A stretch of DNA of 53,394 nt, filler included, from Bipalium vagum (GCA_037834085.1; 3 parts of 3 records of this genome joined end to end with filler, not necessarily neighbours in it); one strand, 5' to 3'. Shown: positions 13,021 through 25,779, numbered from the whole stretch's first letter. Numbers and translations: made by a program. The notes: a model not told the origin generated them from the sequence alone.

Positions 13021-13687
13021 TATGTCAGAGCATATTATAACAGTAATTTATCAGCAGTAGAAGTATTTTCAATATTAAACCATATTTTTATTTGTATTTT
13101 AAACTGATCCATGTCATCTAACTTTTCTAAATGAAAAAGTAAAACGGATATCAATTATAAAATATTTAAAATAAATACTTTTAACTTAAACTTTTTTTTT
13201 ATAATTTCGACGATATTTTTTTCGATTTAGTTGATTTTAAAAAATAAAAAGTGAAACTCTCCGCATCCTAATGATGTTAACCACACATCAATTGCATTTA
13301 AATGAGTTTCCTGATATATATTTTTTGTATTGTTAGAATAGTAATAGCATACTTAACTGTAGAAGAAAATTTCACCGATAAACATCAAACTTAAAGCTTT
13401 GAGAGAAAGAAAAAGTAAGACAAATTTTTAAAGATATGTATGGTCACTTAATATCTTAACCAAAGAATATCGTTTTCAGAAGAAAGGATTATTATTAATC
13501 ATTATATAAATTATTATTAAATGATTATTAGAGATAATCTGATATTAGAAAGATCAATTGTTTCTTGTCTTAGTTTTTGATTACAAAATATTATGAAAAT
13601 AAAAATTAAACTGAGTGACAGAACCTAATAAATTTTTATTCATAAGAAATTAGTTTCTTTATATTAGGTGTTAAGTTTTAACTATTA

Positions 13688-13829
13688 CAGGGTTATGCAG
13701 AAATATACATTTTGAATAATTTTCTATATATTTTGAATAATTTTCTATATTTTGAATAATTTTCTATATATTTTTGCATAGAATTATATACATTTTGAAT
13801 ATTTTTCTATATATTTCTGCATAACCCTG
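13688..13829. mobile_element. 142-bp MITE with internal tandem repeats
   Basis: Perfect TIR CAGGGTTATGCAGAAATATA flanked by TA on both sides. The interior has about four copies of TTTTGAATAATTTTCTATA(TA). Confidence 0.9.
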
Positions 13830-16800
13830 TAGTTTTAAGTTTTAAACCATTTTTCATCGTTGTTTTACTAATCCAAATATTATCAAATAACCGCTGCGAA
13901 ATTTTACATTGGTAATCAATATATTAAATTTTATACTTAAGTTATTTTATAAAAAACCAATATCTTTCTATTGTTCCAGGATTCGGCAATTACCTGAAAG
14001 ATGACAAAAAAGTGATTTCCGATAATGAATATTATGTATCCATGTCGTATAAAAATAAAAATAATACCTTTTTAATAAAATTTAATTCTTTTTTTACAAA
14101 TGGACTAAAACTTTTGCCTACACCTAATAAATTTGAAAAAGCCTTATTTTTATGATGAACAATATCTGAGAAATGAAAAAAACATCAGCAAAGAAGTGAT
14201 ACTGGACATCAGAAACAATTGGGATTTCTTCAAATTTTATCTCATAAAAATTATATTGACGATCCTCCTGAAGCAAAATTTATAAAATCATTTCATTCAC
14301 AGACATTCTTTATTATTTTATTTAAATTAATCTTTCTTTTATGTATGTGTTGGTATATTGCTTTTCAAATTTTTTGCCTATATAAAATTGCCAAATGCCA
14401 AGAGTAATTTTTTTGTCTAACTTTAAAAAATTTATCAGTTTTCTTTTTCCACAAATTTAGTTTTTTTCTCAAAAATTTCACAAATAAATAAAGACAAAAC
14501 ATTATTAAATGATCTCTCATTTTGAAATTTCTCAAAATTTTAAAATCATAATTTTTCTTTAAAAACAAAAAACTCCAAAATGTAGTTGCTCGATTTGAGC
14601 TAATACTTTACTTCAGAACTCAAAAGTTTCCTAGTGTTTGTATTTGAGGCCAAGCTTCTTTTCATACACCGGGAGGGGATAAAGCAAAGAAATCAAAAAA
14701 ACTTTATTTGGTATGCCTCTATCCGTAGGATTATTGGAGACTTTACCTTCTCTTCTTACACCCTAGTGGCTTAGAGATTGAGAAAAGTAATTTTCTCGTC
14801 TTATAATACAAAAAGTCAACGACTTGCTTAAATTAGGTGAGCAATCCTCCAAAAACTTTTATCTTTTATTTTTTTATTGATTATTGGTTTCACTAGAATT
14901 GGATAAGTTAAGATTTCAGATGTCTTTTTAAAGTTTAAATTAGTAAATTCTGATAAAAATATTCAAAATGCAAAAACAAACTTGCGCTCAGCGATACCAT
15001 GTTTTGTTACAACGATGTTTCTCTATTCAAGTCTCATTAGGCCACCGTAGTTTTTTCTGGAAGTCGTCATTCATAATTAAGTGTGGATCAAATCGAAGAA
15101 ATTAAAATATAGCGAAGGAGTATCGTAAATTCGAACACTCAGCGAACATCTTTGCATACATGAAATGGAAAAAAATGATTTAAAAATTATAATTTGTAAA
15201 TGTGTAAAATGAGTTTTTTCAGTATTTTTACGTGCTTAATGATACAACTTTTCGTAAAAGGGTTTAAATTTAAACTTGGGATCCAGAATTCAAAATTTTT
15301 AAATTCAAAATTATTTAAATCTTCAATTTTTATTTATGGTTTCAGAGAAAAATGTCCTTATTTCTTTTTTGTTTAAACTATAAATATATTAAACCAAAAT
15401 CCAGATAAAGTTTTCAAACAGAATATTTTTACATATTTTCCAAATCTATTTTCTTAAATATTTCTTAATATAAATTAAATATATTTTCATAATCATCAAT
15501 AATATATAATAGTTAAAATTTCACTTAAAAACTATAAAATTGCTGGGTTCGCCTCGAGACACCTCACAAGTCATTATCTTAAAAAAGAACCTCGGAGAGT
15601 CGGTGTAAAATAATAATAATAATAAAATATAATAAGAACAATAATATAAATATAATAAGAATAATAACGCAATAATATTAATAATATTAACAATACTACT
15701 ACTAATAAAAATTAGTTCAATTGTAGTGGGGCACTAAGAAATATAAAAGTTTTCTGAGTGCTTTTTTATTAGTAATTATACACCCCTCAGGAAATTAGAG
15801 TGCAATTATGAGAAGAATTCCCATCACTGGCGGAAGTTAATCACTGCCTTTGGTCATTTGATTGGCATTAGAAAAAAGTTAATATAAAGGTATTCAAAAT
15901 TTTTCCGAATTACCCGAGAATTTTTTTGTAAAGTCTGAGAAGAAGACAGTTTATTTGACTAATATTTTGCGAAGCTGAAATACTTAATGTATTTGACGAA
16001 GAAGAAACGGTTTACTATTTATTACTATTTGCTGAGGAGCAGATATTTAAGAGAATTTGCAGTTTTTAGATAATTCTAAGATTTGTCATCGTTCTCATGA
16101 CAGCCAGTCAATCTCGTGGAGATTGGTCATGTTTGGACAATCAAAAGTGTCTAAATGACGAGACAGGGATTGGTTAAAATTTTTGATGAGTACAATTAAT
16201 TGTTATTTTGTTTTTGATAATTCAACTTCATTTTGTTTTTTTAAAGATTTTTTTTGGTTATAATTAAACTAATTAACAATTTTTTGACCGATTTTTTTAT
16301 TTATTAAATTTGAATTATTAATTGATTAACATTTTAGACAATTGAGTTTAATTTATTGATATTTGAAATATCAATTATTAGTGGGGAAATTGATATTTAT
16401 GGCCAACACCAAAAACTTAATGTTAAATACCGAGTATGTAATACCTCAATATCAAATAAACCAAATTTATTTTTGTTTTTTTTTCAATTTTATCAAATAT
16501 CGAAAATTGAATACTGGTTTAACTATCAATTTCCTCACTACTACCACACTTTTTTCAAATTTTGTATTTTAAATTTTTCCATTGATTTTTGTTTTTCCAT
16601 TATTGCTTTTGAAATGTACCAGTTTTTAAAATTTTTATGATTTTTTGATTTTCCTCATTTCAATCCAATTTAATATTGATTGTTTTCATTTTTAATAATT
16701 TTTATAATTTTTTTTATGAATTTCATGATTTATGATTGTAATACATCACCCACCAATCTTCATTTTTATTTTTTAAAAATGAATGTATGTATTTTTGTGA

Positions 16801-17029
16801 AGTTTTTAATAAAAGTTTTTCAAAATATAATATGAGGAAGCATTTAAATACAAACGTACGTTTTAAAAATAGTAATAATAAAAGTATTATTACTAATAAT
16901 GAAAATAATAATAAAACTAATAATGAAAAAGTACTAATGAAAAATTAAAAGAAAAATATCAAAGTTTTTTATAAAAAAGGGAGTGATTTATAATCAACAA
17001 TTATAAATAATACATTTTAATATAAATTT

Positions 17030-17390
17030 TTAACAGGAAAATATCCAGGAGAATTAGATTTAAAATGTTTAAACTCTTACTAATAAAACAAATGCTGTGC
17101 ACTATATAAGATTAGAAAACTATAATGAAATAGTAGAACATTTTAAAGATAATCAAGATTTATCAATTCTTCCAATTCCAAAATCTAATTCCATTCCAAT
17201 AAACAGAATAGATCAAGCTGCAATGAAACATGATGTTAAATTTATGCCAACAGATTTATAAGATCAAGTTGCAGATGTTGGAATTATACATGAAATGAAC
17301 AATATTCAAAATCCAATCACAAGAGGAAAAACTTTAAAAAGTTCTAGTAAAATTAATCATAAAATCAAGATCGCCTTGGGTAAGTAGGTT
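17030..17390 (+). pseudogene. Polinton PLA2-like (parvovirus VP1u-type phospholipase A2 domain) gene, disrupted
   Basis: GKYPGELDL...RLENY...SIPINRIDQAAMKHDVKF..TDL*DQVADVGII matches the PxNxLDxAAxxHDxxY...AD pattern of parvoviral-type PLA2 domains. Confidence 0.8.
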
Positions 17391-17419
17391 TATATCCTTA
17401 GATTAGGAGCAAGTAAAAA

Positions 17420-18010
17420 TATTGCATAACGAAAAAATATTTGAAAAATATGAAAAATTAAAACCAGAAAATAGAAAAAAATTAGCAAATGAACTTCATA
17501 AAATAATTAGAAAACCTAAAATTACTTAAAGGTAAATTTTTTTAACAAAGATGATATCTGGTCTGAGTATTCAACCTTTGTTTTAGATGAAAGAAATAAT
17601 TCTTACTGTAATTGATTTCTACACAAGTTATTCTTTTGCTGTTCCTTTAAAAAATAAAACTGGAAAATCTATAAAAGATGCTTTTGATCAAATATTTGCA
17701 GGAAACCTAAAAACAACTTTGGCTTGATAAAGGTCCTGAATTTTACAATAAAACATGTCAGGATTTTTGTGATAAAAATGTAAAAAGATATTTACTCAAC
17801 AAAGAATCAAGGAAAAGCAGTAGTAATAGAGAGATTTAATAAAACTGAAGAATATGATGCTTAAAAGATTTACTGGACAAGATAATAAAAAATGGTTAAA
17901 CTTTTTACCAAATTAAAAAAAATATTTATAATAATCAGTGATCTTAGTTTTTCGACTGATAGAATTCATAGAATAATTGGAATTACTCCTAAAGAAGCGA
18001 GCTCTGCTCT
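17420..18010 (+). pseudogene. Polinton integrase (rve/c-integrase), frameshifted
   Basis: LANELHK, KDDIWS, ILTVIDFYTSYSFAVPLKNKTG, LWLDKGPEFYN, IYSTKNQGKAVVIERFNKT, KKWLNFLP, YNN, HRIIGITPKEA. Confidence 0.92.
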
Positions 18011-18669
18011 AAGAAGTTTTGCTTCTGCATCTAAAAATCCTTAAAATTTAAAGATTAAGAATGAAGAAAATCATAAATCAAATTATTCTTTAACTTTAAC
18101 CAAAATATTATATTGCATAGATAAGCATGCGTAAAACTATTTGCATATAAAGTTTATCATTTTGATCTATTATTTGAAATACTAATGTATATATAGACCG
18201 AAAATAAATTCTCAATCTGCTGATATGATTTTCATTTTGATCCAAAATATTGATTTAATGATTTTTAGTAATATCTCAGAAAGTAAATCGATACATACAA
18301 ACAAACATACAATTTTTTAATGATAATTATCAGCATATAATTCTCTACCTCATTGCACAAAAAGCAAAGCTGATCTAAAACCAAAAGAAGAAACAACTGA
18401 GGCAGACCTTTTTTTCCACCTATATTTTGAAAAAGGTTTAAGAGATACAATTTTAAATATTTTGAAATATAAAGGTTTGGATAATCTGAAGGAAAAGAAT
18501 TATTAAAAACACTCTAAAAATAAAATTAAAATAATAAAACAAAGGAATGGATTTTAATTTGATCCTAACAAAAATGTAAGAATATTTTTCTAAATTTTAA
18601 TTTAAAAACTGATTTTAAATTATCTTTAATTTTCTTTAAATAAGTAATTTATACAACTACAAATTTTGA

Positions 18670-18966
18670 TTTAATATATATATTGATGAAGATTTAGAAA
18701 TGACTTTAAAAGTCTTAATGAAAGATGAGATTACTGAAAAGTGAATAAAATCTGAAAATCTCTAATTACTAATTATGAAAATATAAATCGAAAAGGAATT
18801 CATTGGGTTGGATATTACAATTGTTACTGCTTTGATTCTTATGGTGTACCACCATTAGGACAATTAGAAATACATGTAGAAGATTATAATAAATTTGATC
18901 TACAAAGTGATACAGACTTAGGTTATTGTGAACAATTAACTGTTTGTTTTACGGAATCTTTTTGAT
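18670..18966 (+). pseudogene. Polinton adenain-like cysteine protease
   Basis: Single frame from about 18790: KGIHWVGYYNCYCFDSYGVPP...YNKFDLQSDTDLGYCEQLTVC, with the His (18801), Asp, Gln and Cys of the adenovirus-protease pattern. The N-terminal part has a stop/frameshift. Confidence 0.85.
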
Positions 18967-19093
18967 GAAAAAAATTTAGTAATTGCTCAGGTATACCTTT
19001 TCAAAATATTTTAAAAGAAATAAAATATCTTATTTTATAAAAATTACAATTAAAAAATGAGTAAAAATTTTATTTTAAATCTCCTTATTTTTA

Positions 19094-19177
19094 CAGGGTC
19101 TGTCACGTCATTTTTAAATTTTGTCATTCAATTTTTAAATTTTGTCATTTCATTTTTAAACTGACATTTACCGTGAC
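19094..19177. mobile_element. Short MITE truncated by the contig end
   Basis: TA|CAGGGTCTGTCACG at the left; CGTGAC (start of the matching inverted repeat) at the right immediately before the Ns. Internal tandem copies of TCATTTTTAAATTTTG. Confidence 0.7.
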
Positions 19178-19277
19178 NNNNNNNNNNNNNNNNNNNNNNN
19201 NNNNNNNNNNNNNNNNNNNNNTTAATTAATTAANNNNNNNNNNNNNNNNNNNNNNNNNNNNNNNNNNNNNNNNNNNN
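19178..19277. other. Artificial assembly gap/linker
   Basis: 44 N + TTAATTAATTAA (stops in all six frames) + 44 N. Confidence 0.98.
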
Positions 19278-19614
19278 TATGTATAATAAGATGTTAGACA
19301 TTCAAATTGCTTAATAATGTCTTTGTCCCAATTAATTCGAACACTACTGTATATTTTGTTTGTTTGCCAGAATATACATCAAAATTATTCATTTTAAATA
19401 TGCAATTGCTGTGGATCTCTAATAATTATTGTTTTAGTTGTTATAACAAGCTAATATTAAGAAAGTAAAATTGTAGAGAAATTAATGATCAAAGTTAACA
19501 GAATAAAAATTATAATTAAAAATGTAGCATTTTCAAAATTTATTTCATTCGTAATCGGAAATATATTTCATAAATCATTTTTATATTAATTATATTGATT
19601 AATTAATATTAAAA

Positions 19615-21714
19615 TAAAATTCAATATCAAGAAAGTTCGTGCGCTTTTTAATGAAAAGAAAAAATCAAAATATTTAATTGAAAAAATTTTTTAATCAATT
19701 ATATGTTCACCATTATTATTAATGATAATAATTCATGATGCAACCTTTCGTAAAACTCCCACAAAAAAGTGCGAATGCCTTTGGACAGACTCATCGTCAT
19801 TGAATGTTTTCCGTACAAAGAATTCTGGAGCGACCGAAACAAATGATAATCGGAAAGAGCCAAGCTCGGTAAGTATGGATGAGGCAAAACATATCACATA
19901 AGGGCCAATAATTTTTTCTGGGTTACCATAGATATATGAGGCCTGACATTGTCGTGATGAGACAACAGCCTTCCGATTTGGCAATCTTGGACGTTTTTCG
20001 ATGGATTCTTTTCGATAATTTGATAATTCCTTGAATCAATGTGAGATTGGCGTCATGCGCGGGGTGTATCGTTCACATCAAATTCACTACAATTGAATTT
20101 GATGAACTATTTTTTGCATACTCGTATTGAAAAAACATCATCTCCGTATACAGTCCCCGTCAAAAGTATGAGCCCATCTTCAAAAAAATGTAAATTCCTA
20201 TTGTACATTTGAAAAGACGTATTAATTCCAAAAATGTATATATTATGTACAACATTTATCATAAATGAACATTATAAAAAATTTAATATTTTGTGATCTG
20301 TCCTTTAGCTTTAATGACTGCCACAATATGATTAGGCATTGACTCAATTAAATGTTTGCAATAGTCAGCCGAGATATCATTTCTCCACACTTGATTAATT
20401 TTCATTTTTAGGTCATTAATTGATGTTAGATTGAGATTTGAGACTTTTTTCTTCAATTCTGACCAACAGTTTTCAATTGGTGAGAGTTCGGGGGAATTTC
20501 ATGGCCATGGAAAAAGTACCTCCATATTGTTAAGAGAGATAAAGAGCCTTGGCTGTATGACAAGTGATCCCATGATGTTGTAAGATTTTACCAGTTTTAA
20601 TTGGCAGAAGGTGTTGGCTTAATATGTCGATATACTCCGTAGATCTAATAGTTGTACCAGCAAGAACCAAACATAAGTTACCCACACCATCATATGACAT
20701 TGATGACCAGACCATAACGGAAGGAGAATGTTTTACATTCTTGACAGTATATTTTGGATGAAACCTTGTGCCGCCAGGTCTCTCCAGACGCGTATAACAT
20801 TGGGAGAGAATTGCTGAATCTTACATTAGTCTGAAAAAATAACCATGTGCCAATCTGTGGGCTTCCAATTCTTATATTTGTTACAAAAGAGAAAGCGGTC
20901 TTTAACATTCTTTAAAGAAAGTCTCGGCTTTATTGCAGGCCTTCTGCAGTGCAACGAGAAATCGTGTCTAAGCCGTCAAGAAATGATACTCATCCTTACT
21001 GGTGCATCTGAAGGAAGTTGTGATCTAATTTCACTTGTTGGTGCAAAAGGTCGAATACAGGAAAACCGATGAATTAATCTATCAGTTTGAACTGTTGTTA
21101 CTTTTGGCCTTCCACATCGTTGCTTGGACTTGAATGATTTATCCAAGTCATATCGTTGAATTAAACGTCAAACAGCTCCCCTTGAAACATTCAGTCTCGT
21201 TGCAATTTGTCTCTGCGAATAACCTTCGTCGCGCAAAATCTAAATTTGAACCCTTTTTTCAGCATATAATTCAGCCATTATTTAAACAAAAGTATTTATT
21301 TGACACGAATATTTGCAATATTAATGAAAAAACAATAAATTGATATGGGTCAGAGTTATATAAATACCTATATCTAAATTGATGTCAGCCAATGGATAAA
21401 TAATGAAATCAATTCAACTTTTGAAGGTGGTTTCAGACTTTTGACGGGGACTGTACTTTACATATTTCCTTATGTGCGCAACCGAGACTCGCTTACCTTT
21501 TAAGATTTATATAATATTTAAAAAATAATATAATACTTTTTTTCAAAATAAACCAACAAAATATGAAGAAATGCAGTTTTTATCTTGTATAATGATATTT
21601 TATTTATTGCATAACACTTATATTATTTAAACAAGAACTAAATGACTAATTTATGAAAAATTGATTTACAAATTCCAATATTAAAAACTGCTCGAAATTT
21701 CTTCCCAATTCAAT
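19615..21714 (-). mobile_element. Mariner (DD34D) element, internally deleted and split by a nested Tc1
   Basis: PHPYLPSLALSDYHLFRSLQNSL and NRKAVV..HDN motifs. The N-terminal HTH KEICKVYGDD is restored when the Tc1 is removed. Degenerate TIRs near 19620 (caagaaagttcgtgc) and 21690-21714. Confidence 0.85.
20151..21453 (-). mobile_element. Full-length but inactive Tc1 (DD34E) transposon
   Basis: TIRs of about 35 bp (CAGTCCCCGTCAAAAGT..) with TA duplication at 20149-50 and 21454-55. Motifs GRPKVTT, MVWSSMSYDGVG, WP*NSPELSPIENCW; multiple stops and frameshifts. Confidence 0.93.
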
Positions 21715-21957
21715 GGTTTTTATATTTTTTCAATTACCGTTAAGTTTTAAAATGAACATTAATTTTCATAAAATTAATAAATAAAATGATCTGATATTGA
21801 TTGTATCTCAATTATTTTCTATAATAAACATAATTAACTGAAATCAATATTATATGTATATAATCACATAACTCTTGAGATCATTATCATTTTTATTATT
21901 ATGAAAATAATTTTATTATTGATGACCAATCAGAGTACAAAATGAAATAATATTTAC

Positions 21958-22051
21958 CCTTGAAATTGGTAATGGAGGAATAGGAGGTGGTTGTATAGAT
22001 CTTTTCGGAGGAGGAGTTGGAGGGGCATCACAGGATATTTGTGAGTCAACA
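21958..22051 (-). CDS. MAP4K3: MAP4K proline-rich (SH3-ligand) exon; last exon visible
   Basis: aag|VDSQISCDAPPTPPPKRSIQPPPIPPLPISR|gtaaat; PxxPxK/R motifs typical of GCK-I linkers. Confidence 0.85.
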
Positions 22052-22816
22052 CTTTAACAAAAACCATTGTGAAAAAAATTAATACAAAATAGAGAAATAT
22101 ATAATAAATTTGACTATTTTTAATATAATCGTCATATATTTCTGCTTTAATTTATTTTTTTTATTTAACATTATATATCGAATAAAAAATAATTAACATT
22201 ATATATTTTTATGTTTTGTAAAATGATATTATTCTTGAATTATAATTAGCTCAAAATTAAACATGCAAACATAAAAAACACCAAAAATGGTTTTGTCAAT
22301 AATTGCCTTTTATCATAAAAATCATTCTATCAATATTTTTTAATTTATTTTTCAAAAACACGAACTGTTAACACAAAAGATCGTAAAAATAATTAAAATC
22401 TTCATTTTATCAAAAATACAGGGAGTTAAAAATTTAATGCAAAATTTCCTCACATAAAGTTGATGAAAATTTGGCTTTACTTTTTTAACACCCTACAGTT
22501 AAAGATTTTTCTAATATCTCATAAATTATTACTTTGAATAATTGTGAAAATCTAATTTCATAGAAGATTTTATCAAAAATATTATTATGTAAAGTTTCAT
22601 AAAACTGATAAAGGAATTATTATGACCATTCTTTGAATTGTCTTTCATAAATGAAAAAGCCGAAAAGTTTGATAAAAGAAAATGATAAAAGACAAATAAG
22701 ACTTCATCGATTTCAATAAAATAAATATGATTTAATCCGGTGCCATGCAAAAATAATGAATACATTAAAACAACAATGATACCCACCCTGTTAACCACAT
22801 ATACTTATGTGCGAAC

Positions 22817-22855
22817 CTGAGTCGTTGATTATCATTGACCAATCCGTAGACAACT
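22817..22855 (-). CDS. MAP4K3: MAP4K 39-nt linker exon
   Basis: ttttgtcag|(E)VVYGLVNDNQRL(S)|gttcgc; phase 2-2. Confidence 0.55.
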
Positions 22856-24583
22856 CTGACAAAACTTACAAGTCAAACAAAAATGGACATTAAATAGAAA
22901 TCGGATAAAATTTGCAAAGATTTAAAATATTATCTGGAAAGTTCAATCAGAATAAAAGTTTATTGTTTTTAATTTTAAATAGAATTTCCAACAGGGACAG
23001 AATGAGAAAGCTTAATTTATATAAATTACAGATATACGTCAACTAAGGAAAGAGTGAAGTAAATTTATTACCGTAAATTGTGTTAAAAAATAACATAATA
23101 TTTCGAAGATTTACTCATTTTGTATTAACTTTATTTTAGATTTGTCCTATATGATCATTTTCTTAGCAGTAAATTATCAAAAATCGGATCATGTACTTTT
23201 TGGATTTTCTTCTAATAGAAAAATATTTATTGTAATTTATATAATTGTTTGTGTAGCAGCGCCATAAAACACAATCAGTAACAAGTACAGTAATAACAGA
23301 CTGTTTTCGCCTAAAAACATAATTGCATAGGATAGAATACCCATCACCATGCTGCTTATTTATTTAATATTCATTTCTTTAAAATCAACATGAAAAAATT
23401 GAGATCAGTCAAAAAAAGACTTGATAGTCATTTCGGTAAAAAAACATGATCCCAAAAATCTTTCAGTTCTTATTTTTAGTTTCATATATTCTTTTAGAGT
23501 AACAAAAGTCTATAACTCTTTCTAAAAAGGTCTAACTCCCATTAAACTAATTTTTTTAAAATTTACAAATATTTTCTTTCCAAGTAAATATTTCGTATAT
23601 GTTTCCTAAAATATGTTAATACTTAAATTCATTTAAATTTTCTATAATTTAATTGAACAATCCTTGTAACAAATAATTTTAAAAGAAATATATATCTATG
23701 CTTTGTTACATTTTTATAATATTTATTTTGATTAAAATTACAGGTTTGAAAATCCATTTCCTAAAGACGAAGTGTTAATGAAAATACCCGCTTTGTTAAT
23801 CGTACTCTAATAGAAAATAGTAACATAGTAAGAAAGTAGTACAATCGTTTTAAAGAAATATAACAACCGGCTGTAGTATGATATTAATAAATTTTTATAT
23901 TATAAATTATAATTTATAATATAATATAATATTTATAATTATTATTATTGTAAGAAGCTAAAAATTTGAATAACATTGAATTTTTAAATTTAATTTTCAG
24001 TATATTGAGCTACAATATTTCAATGATTAAATAAATCAAATACTAAAATTAAACTAATAATAATAAATCAATTAAAAAAAAAGTATAAATTAAAAATTTT
24101 AAATAAAATAAGTATAAATTTTAGAGCTCAATATATTCGAATTAAATGCGAAAATTTTATGTGAAAAATAATGTAATTTCATCTGTTTTAATAACAAATA
24201 AAAGAAAAACAGAAACGGTTTAAATATATATGTTATGGAAGTTAATTACTTTCTAGTAACTAACAATTATCATGATAAAAAATTAATTATATTAATATTA
24301 CTTTAATACTCCGAACTAAACTCGAAATCAATCGGAAACATTATTTTTAAAATGCACATAAATTTTTTTGCACTTACGATCATTTTCTTCATGATACAGC
24401 AATTATTTAAATTAATATAAATTATAGATGTACTTCGACTACTTTAAAAACGACGGAACATGTTAAAAATTTTTTTTTGTAGGTCTACTTATGTTGTAAG
24501 CTTTATTCCAGATTTGTGAGAAGCAACAGAGAAAAGATAAGACATTGAAGACGAATAAAGAAAGATATAAATTAATATCGTAC

Positions 24584-24694
24584 TCGCTTTTATCATCTGT
24601 TTTTTCATTATCATCTGGAGAGGTATCATTGTAAGCACTGAATGATTCTGCTGCTTCATTGCGAACAGACATAGGAGATAACGGAAGATTATTC
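24584..24694 (-). CDS. MAP4K3: MAP4K linker exon
   Basis: ttttcag|(W)NNLPLSPMSVRNEAAESFSAYNDTSPDDNEKTDDKS(E)|gtacga; the donor is uncertain. Confidence 0.7.
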
Positions 24695-25169
24695 CTGAAA
24701 ACATAAAAATGTAACATTTTATTCATTAGTAATTATGATGATAAATTATTTTTTTCTTAATTAAAAAGTTTAAATTATTATATTAAGCTAATTCATACTC
24801 TTTATTATGCTTCGAATTATCATTGTACATCTCTATGTTTTGAATGGTATATGTGTCCTAAAATGGAAATTAATTCAATTAAATATTATGACAAGTTTCA
24901 CGATGAGCATCCCAATAATCGTAATTGTATTTTATGACATCGAATAACAAATGTTAAATTCTTTAAATCCAAAAGTATTCATTGGTTTTTAATATAATAA
25001 AAATCTTTGTTTAATACATATTGTAAATAAAAAGTCATTAGATTTGTACGGAAATAAATTAATAATATTTATATTGTATTATTATTTTCTGCTTTTGAGG
25101 GAAAAGTATTTTGCTTATTTTATCAAAAATCAAAATTCGATAAGTCACCACAACAAATTTTTGATTAAC

Positions 25170-25192
25170 CATAAATCGCAATTGCCAACATT
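25170..25192 (-). CDS. MAP4K3: MAP4K 23-nt microexon
   Basis: Follows a 66-nt intron: tag|NVGNCDL(W)|gttaat. It supplies the phase 0-to-2 shift required by the next exon. Confidence 0.6.
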
Positions 25193-25258
25193 CTACGAAT
25201 TTATTAATACTACGTTTAAAGAAGTCCGGACATTGGATTCGACAAAAGAAACAAATAC

Positions 25259-25279
25259 GTGTTGAACATTATCTTGATT
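25259..25279 (-). CDS. MAP4K3: MAP4K 21-nt microexon
   Basis: tttttacattcag|NQDNVQH|gtattt; phase 0-0. Confidence 0.55.
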
Positions 25280-25439
25280 CTGAATGTAAAAATAAAGGAC
25301 GGTTACGATAAATCAGTGCTGGATTTTCTACTACAGTTTTACGTGACAAAAAAAAGATATTACAGTTAGAATTTCTCTATATCCAAAGAAATCATAATGA
25401 ATAATATCAATTACAGACTATAAAAAGGTTATCATTGTT

Positions 25440-25740
25440 TTTCAGGCTTTACAACCGTATTTGCCTGAAAATCTTTATCTACCCACTCGTCGGAACGTCT
25501 GGTGCTGTCAAAATATACCAATTTCTCGTCACAGGTAATAATTCTTTTAAGTAGAGGCTCATTTCTGTGTCTTAGCAATAAAGAAGAGCAAATGGATAAA
25601 CGATGATTTTTTGAAATTTAACCTAATTGATTTGAAACCCTTTTTTAAAGTTTCCAAAATTCATTCAAAATATCTTTGCTAGCAAATCAGTTGATTGTTG
25701 AAGATTTGACTCCATAAAGACTTTCAAAAAACTATTATAA
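25440..25740 (-). mobile_element. Mariner transposase fragment
   Basis: HRLSICSSLLLRHRNEPLLKRIITCDEKLVYFDSTRRSDEWVD; same family as 50600-51060. Confidence 0.85.
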
Positions 25741-25779
25741 ATAGCCTATATATATTTCTCTTTAATTTAAATTCATATA

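Larger units (their letters stand above)
17020..19091 (+). mobile_element. Polinton/Maverick (adintovirus-like) endogenous element fragment
   Basis: Collinear, same-strand decayed genes for a PLA2-like protein, a retroviral-type integrase and an adenain-type cysteine protease. This combination is diagnostic of Polintons. Confidence 0.9.

Noticed and set aside
13688-13829. Tandem repeats as a CRISPR-like array
   Set aside because: No unique spacers, eukaryotic context, and bounded by TIRs and TA, so it is a MITE.
14600-15100. Possible THAP-like remnant on the minus strand
   Set aside because: The C2CH residues could not be placed in a consistent frame.
15540-15610. GGTTCG B-box-like sequence suggesting a tRNA or SINE
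   Set aside because: No cloverleaf, A-box spacing or tail is discernible.
19222-19233. Palindrome TTAATTAATTAA within N runs as a biological motif
   Set aside because: It is identical at both gaps and centred in 100 bp, so it is an assembly linker.
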